Shown here: positions 1-10,100 of the stretch, piece after piece | Layout: each line of letters begins with the position of its first letter | How positions within the stretch are numbered: the first letter of the stretch is position 1 | From: a virus | Length of the DNA stretch: 64,000 bases | IMG/VR virus record: IMGVR_UViG_3300031521_000011 | Coordinates: 96,001-160,000 of that record | Strand: one strand, 5' to 3' | Made by a program: the position numbers and the translations under genes | The notes under the pieces: model-generated | What the model saw: only the letters and a program-made list of their open reading frames with translations | The model's database searches: none | Told to the model about the DNA's origin: nothing

Positions 1-198
1 CCTTTGAAGCTGGCATCCGGCGGCATCCTGACGCCATGCCTCAGTGTCAATAAGACAGTTGCAAAGACCGGTGTGGCAGGCACAGTTACCGGCGCCGCAT
101 CTGCAACAGATATCCCTGCTCTTGACATTGAACATGTCGTGGCTTATGCCATCGGTGCCCCATCCACTGACGGTTACCTCAAAATCATCTCGGCGTAA
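1..198 (+). CDS. 3' end of probable head decoration protein (truncated at window start)
   Basis: Open frame to TAA at 198, directly upstream of the major capsid gene; small-residue-rich C-terminus; call is positional. Confidence 0.45.
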   Translation, partial: PLKLASGGILTPCLSVNKTVAKTGVAGTVTGAASATDIPALDIEHVVAYAIGAPSTDGYLKIISA

Positions 199-242
199 TA
201 GCCGAAACAGCAAGTAAAATATTTGAAGAGGAGTGAAAAACC

Positions 243-1241
243 ATGGCAGGACTTATGAGAATCAAAACGGCTGCTGAGACATCAGAGGCTGATTATAATC
301 TGGCCAAGCTGCTGGATATGCCCGGTGGGCTGGAAAAAATCGCCCTTGAAAAGCTGCCGCCCTTCATTCGCGAGACCCGCGACTACGAGGCATTCGGCCG
401 CAAAATCCTTCTGGTGCACAACGTCACATCTGAGGAACTGCACCTGATCAACGGCGAGCCATACATGTACTACAACAAGGACATGAACTCGCACGCCGCG
501 TTCTACGGCGACGATGGTCAGGCCCCCAGGCTGCAGATCGAAGGCGACGGCGTGAACGTCGGTATCATGACAATCATGTCCGATGACACGACCATCCACC
601 TGAAGCGGCTGCTCGTGCAGAAATTCAACTACCTTGAGCGTGTCCGTGAGCTTTCAGCCCAGGCCATGTCTAAGGCTGAGGACAGCAAAATCATCGAGCT
701 GGTTGAGCGCCTGTTGCTCGGCAATGGCTCCACCACAGCGCCCCAGTTCACTGATCAGGTCGTCACCACAAATGACGATGCGCTGCTCAAGTCCCATCTG
801 GTTGCGCTGAAAAAGACACAGTCCCAGTGGAACGTGCCGACAGCCTGTTTCGTAATGCATCAGAGCCGCATTGAAGACATCCTGCTGTGGGCCGCAACCG
901 AAATCGATCAGCTCACCCAGCGCGAGATGCTCGAATCCGGCGTGAAGTATCAACTGTGGGGTTCCGTGAAGCTTATCACTTCTCCGATCATTCCTAAGGA
1001 TACCGTGTATTCCTTCTCCGAGCCTGAGTTCGTCGGCCGCATGCCCATCCTGAAGGACCTGACCATCCGCCTGACCGAGGTCACCAACAAACTCGAAAAG
1101 GGCCTGTTCATGTTTGAAAAAGCCGTCGGCAAGCTCATCCTCGACTTCGACCACAAGTCCAGCATCAAGATCGCCATCGTAGTTGCCGACAGCGTGGTAG
1201 CCCGCGACGTCAGCGCATCTGGCTCATACGGCGCTCTGTAA
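243..1241 (+). CDS. Major capsid protein (HK97-fold-like)
   Basis: 332 aa, strong GAGGAG RBS, strongly biased codon usage, motifs such as MSKAEDSKII, FVMH and EPEFVGRMPI; precedes neck and tail genes. Confidence 0.75.
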   Translation: MAGLMRIKTAAETSEADYNLAKLLDMPGGLEKIALEKLPPFIRETRDYEAFGRKILLVHNVTSEELHLINGEPYMYYNKDMNSHAAFYGDDGQAPRLQIEGDGVNVGIMTIMSDDTTIHLKRLLVQKFNYLERVRELSAQAMSKAEDSKIIELVERLLLGNGSTTAPQFTDQVVTTNDDALLKSHLVALKKTQSQWNVPTACFVMHQSRIEDILLWAATEIDQLTQREMLESGVKYQLWGSVKLITSPIIPKDTVYSFSEPEFVGRMPILKDLTIRLTEVTNKLEKGLFMFEKAVGKLILDFDHKSSIKIAIVVADSVVARDVSASGSYGAL

Positions 1242-1261
1242 TCCATAGCGAAACGCCTTTT

Positions 1262-1293
1262 AGGGGTAGGGTAGTTAGTACCCTGCCCCTTTA
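1262..1293 (+). terminator. Stem-loop after capsid gene (terminator or processing hairpin)
   Basis: AGGGGTAGGGTA-GTTAG-TACCCTGCCCCT hairpin with short T tail. Confidence 0.55.
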
Positions 1294-1316
1294 GAGTATA
1301 ATGAGGAGGAAATGTC

Positions 1317-1973
1317 ATGGACCAGATTATCGAGATCTTCATTGAGAACCTTACGGACAATGTACATATTATTCTCGGTAAGCATATGTACAATAAGAAC
1401 AAGGTGTACCGGATCCTCATCACTGAGCGGCAGTATAAATGGTTACTTGAGCAGAACCTTATAAGCGTGCGGCTTATTTCTGCGCAGAATCTCAAGACCA
1501 AGAAGCTTCTCTTCCCAACGCAGGCCCTGTTGACAGCGCCAACGTCGATAGAGGAATTTGTTGAGCAGCTTGGTGACTTCGAGGTTGTTGACCGCACTGA
1601 GACCATCGACCCGGCGCACATCGTAGAAGATTGCAGCATGGAATATGTCCCTGATGCATCACAGGACGCTATCACCGAGCACAGCAAAGGCACAGAGTCG
1701 CCAGAGGCGCCAGCAACCTCCAATGACACTACTGAGATCGTAGAGGCTCCTGAGGGCTCACAGAGCGTCACAGAGGATGTAGAGTCCGAGCATCAGGAAG
1801 AAATCATAGATACGCCTCCGGCTACTGAACCAGTCGGCGAGGAAAAACCGCTTGATTCAGCAGCCGATTTACCGGAAGTCAAAACAAAAAGGGAGTATCA
1901 TAGAGGAACTCCTGAAGAAATTGCAGCCAAGAAAGCTGCCAAGGCTGCCAAGGAAACCGTTAAGGCTGAGTAA
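1317..1973 (+). CDS. Hypothetical protein with acidic, low-complexity C-terminus
   Basis: 218-aa ORF with GAGGAGG RBS. Confidence 0.7.
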   Translation: MDQIIEIFIENLTDNVHIILGKHMYNKNKVYRILITERQYKWLLEQNLISVRLISAQNLKTKKLLFPTQALLTAPTSIEEFVEQLGDFEVVDRTETIDPAHIVEDCSMEYVPDASQDAITEHSKGTESPEAPATSNDTTEIVEAPEGSQSVTEDVESEHQEEIIDTPPATEPVGEEKPLDSAADLPEVKTKREYHRGTPEEIAAKKAAKAAKETVKAE

Positions 1974-1993
1974 TGTGATTGGGGGCGAGCGTC

Positions 1994-2512
1994 ATGGCTG
2001 ATGAATTTTGGGACAGATTCGATGACATTCAGAAAGCGCGGCTTACGAATGATGATAAGACCGGCTTGATAGATATGTTCCGCGTTCAGATCTTTGACTT
2101 TGATGCGACTCTAAATATTCTCAACGGAAAGAAGTTGGAATTCACCGATGCTGCCGTGAAGATGTTTCTTGACCGCGCGATTAGAGATATCAACAAAGGC
2201 TCTCCGCCAACCAAATATACAATATTCGATTTTCCTGCAGACCAGGATGGCCTGCTGATATCTGGCGCCGCAATGTTTTCTTTAATGGCAGATGGTATCC
2301 TTCAGCTCAGGAATCAATATCAAGCGCAGGATTCTGGGTTGACGATGGGTATGTTCCAAAAGAGCGGCCAATACCAGCAATGGGCAGCCTTTCTACTGCA
2401 GCCGTACTTTGAGGATCGCGCTGAGTTCAAGCGCGGCATAATTATGAGAAGTGCCGGCTCTGGCTTCGTTGGCATCGGGTCCGAGTTTGGGTACAGAAAC
2501 GGCGGGTATTAA
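1994..2512 (+). CDS. Putative head-tail adaptor/neck protein
   Basis: Position between capsid and tail genes; helical ~170 aa; start moved to ATG 1994. Confidence 0.5.
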   Translation: MADEFWDRFDDIQKARLTNDDKTGLIDMFRVQIFDFDATLNILNGKKLEFTDAAVKMFLDRAIRDINKGSPPTKYTIFDFPADQDGLLISGAAMFSLMADGILQLRNQYQAQDSGLTMGMFQKSGQYQQWAAFLLQPYFEDRAEFKRGIIMRSAGSGFVGIGSEFGYRNGGY

Positions 2513-2513
2513 A

Positions 2514-3299
2514 ATGCTGAGTATAGCAAGTATTTCCGTTTTCAATACTCTCAGCACGGATTTCCTGCTCGTTAAGTTCGATATTACACCAACACAGGAA
2601 TCGGTGAATGACTATACCTTCAATATCTACAGGTCTCTGAGTCCAGAAGATACTTCCATGTTCTTCTGCATTGCTCACAACATAACAGAGACGCAGTATG
2701 AAGATCATGGCGTTAACCTAATGCGATTCGATACGAATTATTACTATAAGGTTAGAGCCAACAATGTCAACACTGGTGAGTCCGTCATGAGCAATTGTTA
2801 CGGTCACCTTTATCACACGGAGCCGGATAATTTGGCATTTATCATGCTCTATGAAAACCAGAGGCTCCTGGAGCTCATCAATAATGATCCGGTATCTGTG
2901 CTCTTAAAGAGGAGACTTGGCGTAAGATGCAGCAACTGCTGGGACTCAGTCAGGAAACAAGCAAGGCTTGCGGATTGCCCTGTATGTTATGGAACAGGAG
3001 TTGTTGGCGGATATTCCGCAGCGATATCAATAAGGATTGGATATCTCACTCCATTTCCTGGGCAGCAGATGGGTATCAACACAGACCGCGTAAGTGTGGA
3101 AGAGGCTCCCGTAACTGCATGGACTACAAATTATCCGATTCTTCAGCCAGATGATGTAATCGTTGACTCCACGCATAATTATCGATTTGAAATTGATGAT
3201 ATGCGGCCAATTTATAAGAATCAGAAAATGCTGATTCGCCAGACATTCACGATGCATCGTGTACCGGCAACCGATGTGATATTCACATTACCGGTATAG
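2514..3299 (+). CDS. Putative head closure/neck protein with FN3-like N-terminus and Zn finger
   Basis: FNIYRS...YYYKVRA FN3-like segment, CSNC...CPVCYGTG Zn motif, PILQPDDVIVD; position. Confidence 0.55.
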   Translation: MLSIASISVFNTLSTDFLLVKFDITPTQESVNDYTFNIYRSLSPEDTSMFFCIAHNITETQYEDHGVNLMRFDTNYYYKVRANNVNTGESVMSNCYGHLYHTEPDNLAFIMLYENQRLLELINNDPVSVLLKRRLGVRCSNCWDSVRKQARLADCPVCYGTGVVGGYSAAISIRIGYLTPFPGQQMGINTDRVSVEEAPVTAWTTNYPILQPDDVIVDSTHNYRFEIDDMRPIYKNQKMLIRQTFTMHRVPATDVIFTLPV

Positions 3300-3310
3300 G
3301 AGGAGGCCAC

Positions 3311-3925
3311 ATGCCAAATACACCAGTTCAAACTGTTCACGGCAAAAGTGTTGATATAGAATATTATATCGAGCAGTCATTCGTTCTATCTTTGCGGGAA
3401 ATTTTCAAAAACATGGATTTAGATTTTCCGTATGATGACGATGATGTTCTTACCCAGGTTTTGATAAGCTCTAATTTTCCGGAAGGTGAAGTACCCCTGA
3501 AGCTGCCCAATATCATTGTTGAGGGTATCTCTTATGAATTTTCGGAAACGAGTTTGAATAACAACTACTTGGATGATATAATGGAGGCAGGAGTGGTTGT
3601 AGGGTGGCGTTATGCCACATACATTCTGTTTAGCGCAACCATTACATGCATTGCGGAAAAGGACGGTGCAGCGAAGAATCTTGCAAATAAGGTTCTGAAC
3701 TACATAAAGTTCGACGCAAGAGAAATTTTTTCAGATGCATGCGCAATGGATATCAAGTCAGCGAGAAAGAGTCCAGGCGGATACAGAAGGAATTTACCGC
3801 AGAATTCATTCTCCCACTCAGTAAGTCTCTCTGGAGTTCTGCCATGGATTGGTGAAATCAGACCAATCAACCCAATTATCCTTGGTAAGATTTCAGTGAC
3901 AATTAAGGCAAGTCTGCCAACATGA
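3311..3925 (+). CDS. Putative tail terminator/completion protein
   Basis: 204 aa immediately upstream of sheath; LPNIIV motif; call is positional. Confidence 0.5.
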   Translation: MPNTPVQTVHGKSVDIEYYIEQSFVLSLREIFKNMDLDFPYDDDDVLTQVLISSNFPEGEVPLKLPNIIVEGISYEFSETSLNNNYLDDIMEAGVVVGWRYATYILFSATITCIAEKDGAAKNLANKVLNYIKFDAREIFSDACAMDIKSARKSPGGYRRNLPQNSFSHSVSLSGVLPWIGEIRPINPIILGKISVTIKASLPT

Positions 3926-3939
3926 CCAAATAAAGAGAG

Positions 3940-5520
3940 GTGCGAAAAATGTATAGGGAACCTGCAGTACGTTTGCGCCAGAAGCTTAACCCCGAGTATG
4001 TCCTGGGATCCAGCCCGAATTTGATCCCCGTCATCATGGGTTCAGGCGCTACGCAGTTCAAGAAAACCCAAGCGATGAAAAGGGGTAGCGATCTTTATGA
4101 CGTACTTCCTTCTGATGCTGTAGTCTCCATGCTGACTGTCGGTAACTCAAGTGGTGTTGCCGATTACTCTTCATCGAATGACTTTACCAAGGTGACGCCA
4201 AACATCTTGCATTGGGGCAAGCTGGCAACAAGCGGAACAGTCGTATCCGCCACAGATACAACAGTTGTCCTCGCCACGACTGATTCAGCCGTAGATGACT
4301 TCTATAATGACAAAAAAATTGTCATTGTGAATGGCGTTGGCGCAGGCCAGACAAGGGTAATCACCAATTATGTCGGATCGACAAAGGCCGCCACCGTCGT
4401 CGCCTGGACCGTGAATCCTGATGCTACATCGGAGTATGAAATCTGGACTAACTCGGTGAAGGAACCTGAAATGGGAGATGTTTACTATGTCACATATGTG
4501 GCCGGTCCTGAATCCGACCAGTATGAGCCAAAGTTCGTCTCCAGCCCAGAAGAAGTAGAGGAGTTGTACGGTCCGGAGCTCAAATACGAAAACGGACTGA
4601 TCAATCCTGTTGTAGTTGGAGCAAAGTGCGCTCTCGCAAATCGTGCAAGCATTATCTGCATATTGCAGGTGGCCCTTGCCGGTTCCACAGTGGCCGTCAC
4701 TGACTATGAAAAGGCCTTCACGGAATATCTGGCTCATATGACATACGCATATCGCATAATTCCCATGGACCTCAGCACTACCATAGGCGAAGCCGCAGTG
4801 GCGTATGTTCGCCAGATGTCTGATCCGGAAGAGAAGATGGAATGCAAGACCATGATAGGCGTTGTTCATTCATCTACAACACATGCCGAGCTTATGACAA
4901 ACATCGGCGCTTACGCTGCAGCCTTTGGCGAGAAGCGTCTGATGATTCCTTATCCAGACAAGGCTACGAAGAAGCTCAGCGATGGCAACATATATGAACT
5001 TCCGGCCCCATACCTGCTTGCGGCTTATGCCGGCAAACAGTCTTCTCAGCCAATCGAGCAATCGATGACGAACAGTACGCTCGACGGCTTCATCACCCTT
5101 AAGGGTGTTAAGATGTCTCGTGCGCAAAAGAACCTTCTCGCAGAAAAAGGTGTTATGCTGCTGGAGCAGGCATCTCCCGGATTCCCAATCACGGTGCGCG
5201 ATGCATTGACGACAGACATGTCCAGCATCCAGACGCGCCAGGATATGGTTGTGTCCATCGTAGACTTTGCCAGCAAGTATATCCGTGATGTACTCGCTCC
5301 GTATATCGGCCCGACGAATACAACGACAGAAACCATCACCCGTATGAGAGGTTCTGTCAACACCGCTATCGCAGTGCTCGTGAGCATGCAAGTCCTGACG
5401 GGTGGCAGGATCACAGATATCTACCGGGATAGCCTGAGTCCAGACACCATCATTGTGAAGATCTCGGTTGATGTTCCATACCCCTGCAACTATATCGATG
5501 TTGACCTGTTCGTCAACTAA
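3940..5520 (+). CDS. Contractile tail sheath protein
   Basis: 526 aa; YREPAV N-terminus, EEVEELYG, ITVRDALTTD, C-terminal VPYPCNYIDV typical of sheath proteins. Confidence 0.85.
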   Translation: MRKMYREPAVRLRQKLNPEYVLGSSPNLIPVIMGSGATQFKKTQAMKRGSDLYDVLPSDAVVSMLTVGNSSGVADYSSSNDFTKVTPNILHWGKLATSGTVVSATDTTVVLATTDSAVDDFYNDKKIVIVNGVGAGQTRVITNYVGSTKAATVVAWTVNPDATSEYEIWTNSVKEPEMGDVYYVTYVAGPESDQYEPKFVSSPEEVEELYGPELKYENGLINPVVVGAKCALANRASIICILQVALAGSTVAVTDYEKAFTEYLAHMTYAYRIIPMDLSTTIGEAAVAYVRQMSDPEEKMECKTMIGVVHSSTTHAELMTNIGAYAAAFGEKRLMIPYPDKATKKLSDGNIYELPAPYLLAAYAGKQSSQPIEQSMTNSTLDGFITLKGVKMSRAQKNLLAEKGVMLLEQASPGFPITVRDALTTDMSSIQTRQDMVVSIVDFASKYIRDVLAPYIGPTNTTTETITRMRGSVNTAIAVLVSMQVLTGGRITDIYRDSLSPDTIIVKISVDVPYPCNYIDVDLFVN

Positions 5521-5548
5521 TAAAAACAACTGGAAGGCGGTTTTATAA

Positions 5549-6199
5549 ATGGGTTTAGAGCAAGGTACAGTAATGCCCTCAGTACCCGGAAGCAATGGTC
5601 TTAATGTCGGAAGCACATCTTATGGTGCTGGTATAAATAACTGGGCTTTCAAGAATTCACATGTTCCCGACCCGAATGTGAATCCAAGCCGATTCATGTC
5701 AGCTGGACGCTGCGTGGTATACGCTCAAACATCATCAGGGCGGACAGCCGGAAAGACTCCTGAACTGGGATCGTTCGTTCCGATCGGTTTGATTCAAGCC
5801 TATTCGTGGACTGAACAACGCCAGATCGACATGCTGTTCGAGCTTGGCTCCGAACTGCCATACCTCGTCCCTGGTCGTACAACCGGCCAGATTGCCATCA
5901 CCAGAATGCTGATGCACGGCCGCGACCTTGCCAACGTTCTGTATGGCGCAACAGATCAGCTCAGCAAGAATACCTGGATCAGGTCCCTAAAGGATATCGC
6001 TACTCCTCTGAACCTGATGTTTGCGGCTTTTGCCAACTCCACAACGCAGGATACGGCAGCCAACGGCGTATTCTCCAGGGTATTCTCACATGCCTGGATC
6101 AATTCGCGCAGTGAGCAAATCGGCGCAGGTCAGACGGTTATCGGCGAAAACTGCAGTCTGATCTATGAAGATATCCTCAGCGTTGAGCTCTTCAAATAA
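5549..6199 (+). CDS. Tail tube protein
   Basis: Follows sheath; IGLIQAYSWTEQRQIDMLFELGS...VPG tube-like pattern. Confidence 0.75.
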   Translation: MGLEQGTVMPSVPGSNGLNVGSTSYGAGINNWAFKNSHVPDPNVNPSRFMSAGRCVVYAQTSSGRTAGKTPELGSFVPIGLIQAYSWTEQRQIDMLFELGSELPYLVPGRTTGQIAITRMLMHGRDLANVLYGATDQLSKNTWIRSLKDIATPLNLMFAAFANSTTQDTAANGVFSRVFSHAWINSRSEQIGAGQTVIGENCSLIYEDILSVELFK

Positions 6200-6215
6200 C
6201 ATTCAATCCGATTTG

Positions 6216-6248
6216 AAAAGGGATGCGGAAAGACCGCATCCCTTTTTT
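6216..6248 (+). terminator. Rho-independent terminator after tail tube
   Basis: AAAAGGGATGCGG-AAAGA-CCGCATCCCTTTTTT. Confidence 0.85.
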
Positions 6249-6251
6249 GTG

Positions 6252-6280
6252 TTGTACAAAAAAAATGTATACTATATAAT
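6252..6280 (+). promoter_or_regulatory. Sigma-A/70-type promoter for chaperone/tape measure genes
   Basis: TTGTAC-17 bp-TATAAT, followed by GGAGG RBS of gene at 6311. Confidence 0.7.
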
Positions 6281-6310
6281 GAGTATCGAAACTAAGATGG
6301 AGGTACTACA

Positions 6311-6763
6311 ATGGAAAAAGACAATATCGTCCCGATTGAAAGGAAACCGATCACAAGTGACCTAGATGCTATATTCGATGCCCTCATCCTGAAAGGTACG
6401 CTGGAGATGGAGGAAACGATTTTCCCCGGCTTTCTCTTGAAGGTGAAACCATTGGATGCAGCGGAAACATTGGCTGCCGAATCAGCCATAACTTTTGTGG
6501 ACTCCGCTCGTGATATCGTATTTCGGGCGCGTATGGTCAGCGTTCTTGCCCGTGCAACCATTTCCATTAATAGCAATCCTATCGAGCTTCCGAATTTGGA
6601 TGAAAAAGAAAATGACACCCGACGTCGTGAACTTCATATAAAATTCATGAAGCTGCCGCCGAATCGTGTCGAGGACTGCTATTCTTTCTACAGGAGAGTT
6701 CAAATCAAGCAGGATGAGATTTACAGCGCTCCTGTGATTGCGGAACAAGTCAAAAATTTTTAG
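6311..6763 (+). CDS. Tail assembly chaperone (gpG-like)
   Basis: 150 aa between tube and tape measure; ends in slippery A AAT TTT immediately before TAG. Confidence 0.75.
   Translation: MEKDNIVPIERKPITSDLDAIFDALILKGTLEMEETIFPGFLLKVKPLDAAETLAAESAITFVDSARDIVFRARMVSVLARATISINSNPIELPNLDEKENDTRRRELHIKFMKLPPNRVEDCYSFYRRVQIKQDEIYSAPVIAEQVKNF
6754..6760 (+). promoter_or_regulatory. Programmed -1 frameshift heptamer A AAT TTT
   Basis: X XXY YYZ in the correct phase; -1 frame stays open to 7176. Confidence 0.75.
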
Positions 6764-7176
6764 GCACCCCTTGGGGCATAATAAAGAGCACAGTGCTCAA
6801 CGCCAAGCAAGGGGTCATTACAGAAAAGCGCTTCAAGGATATGACGTCAATCCAATGGTACTTTCATTACCTTGAAGTATTGCAAGCCAATGAGAAAAAA
6901 GACAAAGCGACTATGGAATATATCGAACTTTTGACTATGTTTGTGAATCCTGAACTGGCAACTAAATGGCGTGAGATGAAGGCGCTCAAAGAAGCCAAGG
7001 AAGAAATTACGCCAGAGTCGTTCCCTGAAGTCTGGGCCAATATTAAATCGCAGATACCCGATATCGTTACAGTCCGATATTTGGATGCCAAGGCAAAAGA
7101 TCTGCTGCCCACATACCAACGTCCAAAGAAGAAGGAATATAAGACTCCTGGTATACAAATCAATAATTCCAAGTAG
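6760..7176 (+). CDS. Frameshift extension of tail assembly chaperone (gpT-like)
   Basis: -1 frame relative to gene 6311, open from the slip site (LGTPWGIIKSTVLNAK...); no clear RBS of its own. Confidence 0.7.
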   Translation, partial: LGTPWGIIKSTVLNAKQGVITEKRFKDMTSIQWYFHYLEVLQANEKKDKATMEYIELLTMFVNPELATKWREMKALKEAKEEITPESFPEVWANIKSQIPDIVTVRYLDAKAKDLLPTYQRPKKKEYKTPGIQINNSK

Positions 7177-7180
7177 AGTA

Positions 7181-10100
7181 ATGGTGGTGAGAGTTGTGGA
7201 ACAAGGTAATTCGATGGATGGTGCACTGCTCAGTGTACAGCAACAACAGCTCGATGAGTTAAGGAGCATTCGTGCACAGACGGCATCCGGTCCATTTGTC
7301 GCCGGCAGAGAGCAGACATCCTTCTCCCAATACTCGATGAATACCGGGGCGGCGCAGCAACAAGCGTCCGCCCAGGGTTTATTTATGCCGACGCCAAACG
7401 TTGGAGGAATCCCACTCTCTCCATTTACTCAAAATATGGGTAACTCCGCCGCAACATACATGCAGCAGGCAAATTTAAAACAGGCATTATTTAGCTATGA
7501 CCGCAATAGGGTATCCCGAGAGAACAGGGACTTAACCGGTATGCAGGCTGGTCAGAATATTTTTCAGGCTGGCTTGGCCGGGGCTGGTGCACTGGGCGGT
7601 CTCGGAGGAGATGCCCTTGGTACATCTATATTTGGTGGACTGGGATTAGCTGGCGGATTTGCCGGCGGCGCTATCGGCGGTGCTATTGGCGGTGCCGTAT
7701 TCGCATCTGCAGCGCAAGAGATGGGAGTGCAGTCCGGATATAGCAATTACTTGTTTCAGAATTCACAGCGCTTTATTAACCCATACGAATCTACAAATCG
7801 CAGATATGGTATGGGTTTCAATAACGATGAAAGGTCTGGCGCATCGTCATACTTGAGGTCATTATCGACAAGTAGAAATATTAGCGATACCGACATGAGT
7901 GGTATATTGAGCGGTGCAGTTGATCAAAACCTCCTGAAGGATGTTACAAATCTCAAGACATTCAAGGAAAAAATGGCTAAATTAACCGACAGCGTTAAGA
8001 CATCCGCCCTCTTGCTGAATGAAACATATCAGAACGTCACAAAGATGATGGGCGAACTTGAACGCGCGGGTGTATCAACCGGAAATTTCGATTACATGAT
8101 GGGAAAAATGAAGACACTGGGATCATTCACCGGCATGAATACGATGGAGGCCACAAATTCAACTTTGACCGTATCTGGCTCAAAAACCGGTACGGCATGG
8201 AATTCCGAGAGGCAGATCGAGAACTCCGCTTTGGATCTCAGGGTTATGCAGGTACTCAAAAATGGCGCTGATAAGAATCCAAATGGAACTCTTGGATTTA
8301 TAACGAATTTATATAATAATACCGAAGGCAGCACGGACGCAGAAAAACTGAGCAATCTTACAGTAAGGGCAAACCGAACCATGCAGGAAGTCATGGGAAA
8401 TCAAACCTTCCAATCAGCATATTCCGGATTGTTCAATTATAATGATGCCAGTGGTAAGTTTGAGCTTGACCAGAGTGCATATGATAGGTTTACTAGCGGG
8501 AATATGTCATATGCCGACATAATGGGTGAATCATCAAAGAAGATGACTGCATGGAGCGCGGATGGAAAGCATACCGGATTCCAGTGGCAGCAAATGGCTA
8601 ACGATACCTTTATGGATCTTACGGATGTACAGAAAGGAAAACTTCAAGGAACATTCTTTTCCACTGTTGGCCGTGATACGATGTTTGGTGAGACTGACCA
8701 ATCTACAATCATGGCAGGCCTTGGCATAGGCTCAACTGACGCTGATAGGAAATTGTTCACTCAACTTTACGGTACCCTTGGATCTAAAGGCAATATTTAT
8801 CAGAATGAGATGTCTCAAGAGGGATTCAATCAGACTATGCAGGCGAAAATAGATTCTGAATCTGAAGGTCTGTGGCAGTCAATCAAAAAAGTCTTTAACA
8901 CCATGTCTGATAAAATCGGAGATGCGGTTGAGCCTATGCGCAAAAGCATGGAAGAGGCTGGTGTTACATGGAAAGATATTTGGAACGGAACGCATCCAAC
9001 AAATCGCGTACAGTTTCAGGATCCATTAAATTTCACTGACTCAGGCGCTACCGGATCAGCAGAATCGATATCCAAGTCGATGAATGCATATATCTCAGAC
9101 TATCAAAAGTATGGTGGTACGACTAAGGATCTCGAATTGCTTGACCCTAAAGGACAACTCAGTGTGACTGGCGGAGGCGTTGATCAATATGGATCAAAGA
9201 TGACCGGTATCATGAAAATAGAAGATATCGACTATCTTAATAACGTCATGAACTCGAAAGCTAAAAGTACCTTCGAGCAGCATGGTGCCCTTATCCCAGC
9301 GCTTACTGTTGATGATATTGCCGCCTCAATGAATTTAACTTTCAATGAAGGGGACGACAAGCAGTCAATAACTCAAGAGGCGATGCTCCGTAAATATTCA
9401 AAAATGATACAACAGCTTCAGGGCGGAAAGGCCAGTGGCCTCAATGACTATGAGATCGTTGCAGGTAATCAGGCCCTTTCCACTATGTCGGATGCGCTTA
9501 AATGGATGGGCGTTGATGTGGCGCCTGTTAATAATCTAGGATACTCTAAAGAAATGCTTGCAACACTCCAAAATCAATATGGTGGAAAGACCACAGATTA
9601 CTATGGAGCCCTTAAAACACAAGCGGAGAAGTCTGCTAAATTAGATCTTACGAATAATGGATCAGATGCTACACGAAATGCAATAAATAGCCTAACGGCC
9701 GATGTAGCTGCGACAGGAGTAGCTCAAAGTAAAGCTGAATCTGATATTATGGCGGCCATGTCTGGATATTCAGATGCTGATTCGATTGCTGCCAGGGATC
9801 AGATTTCTAAACTTATGGACTCTATTCGCTCCGGAGATTTGGCTCCTGAAGATGCCAGAGCTCAATTTAATGCATTAAAATCATCAGGAAAAGCCAGTAG
9901 TCTTTATAGTGAAGTGTCAGACAAGTTCAACTTAGTAGCAGACAAAGCTATGGCAAAATCTTCAGGTGAAGCAATTCTCAAGACACGTAGTGAGGATAGT
10001 AGCAGGATTCTCGGGGCAATTAAAGCAGGAGGAAGTGTTGCCAGCCTCATTGGTGGAGATGCTGCATATAATAAATTACTGAGTGGTGCTACAGTTTCAA

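Noticed and set aside
1096-1145. Capsid C-terminus (GLFMFE-KAVGKLIL) looks about one strand shorter than typical HK97-fold endings
   Set aside because: An impression only; it needs an alignment to homologues or read-level checking
950-1771. Long antisense ORFs over capsid and sheath regions (also 654-1154, 4870-5616, 58508-59362, 61377-62159)
   Set aside because: Antisense to well-supported genes with biased codon usage; no recognisable motifs
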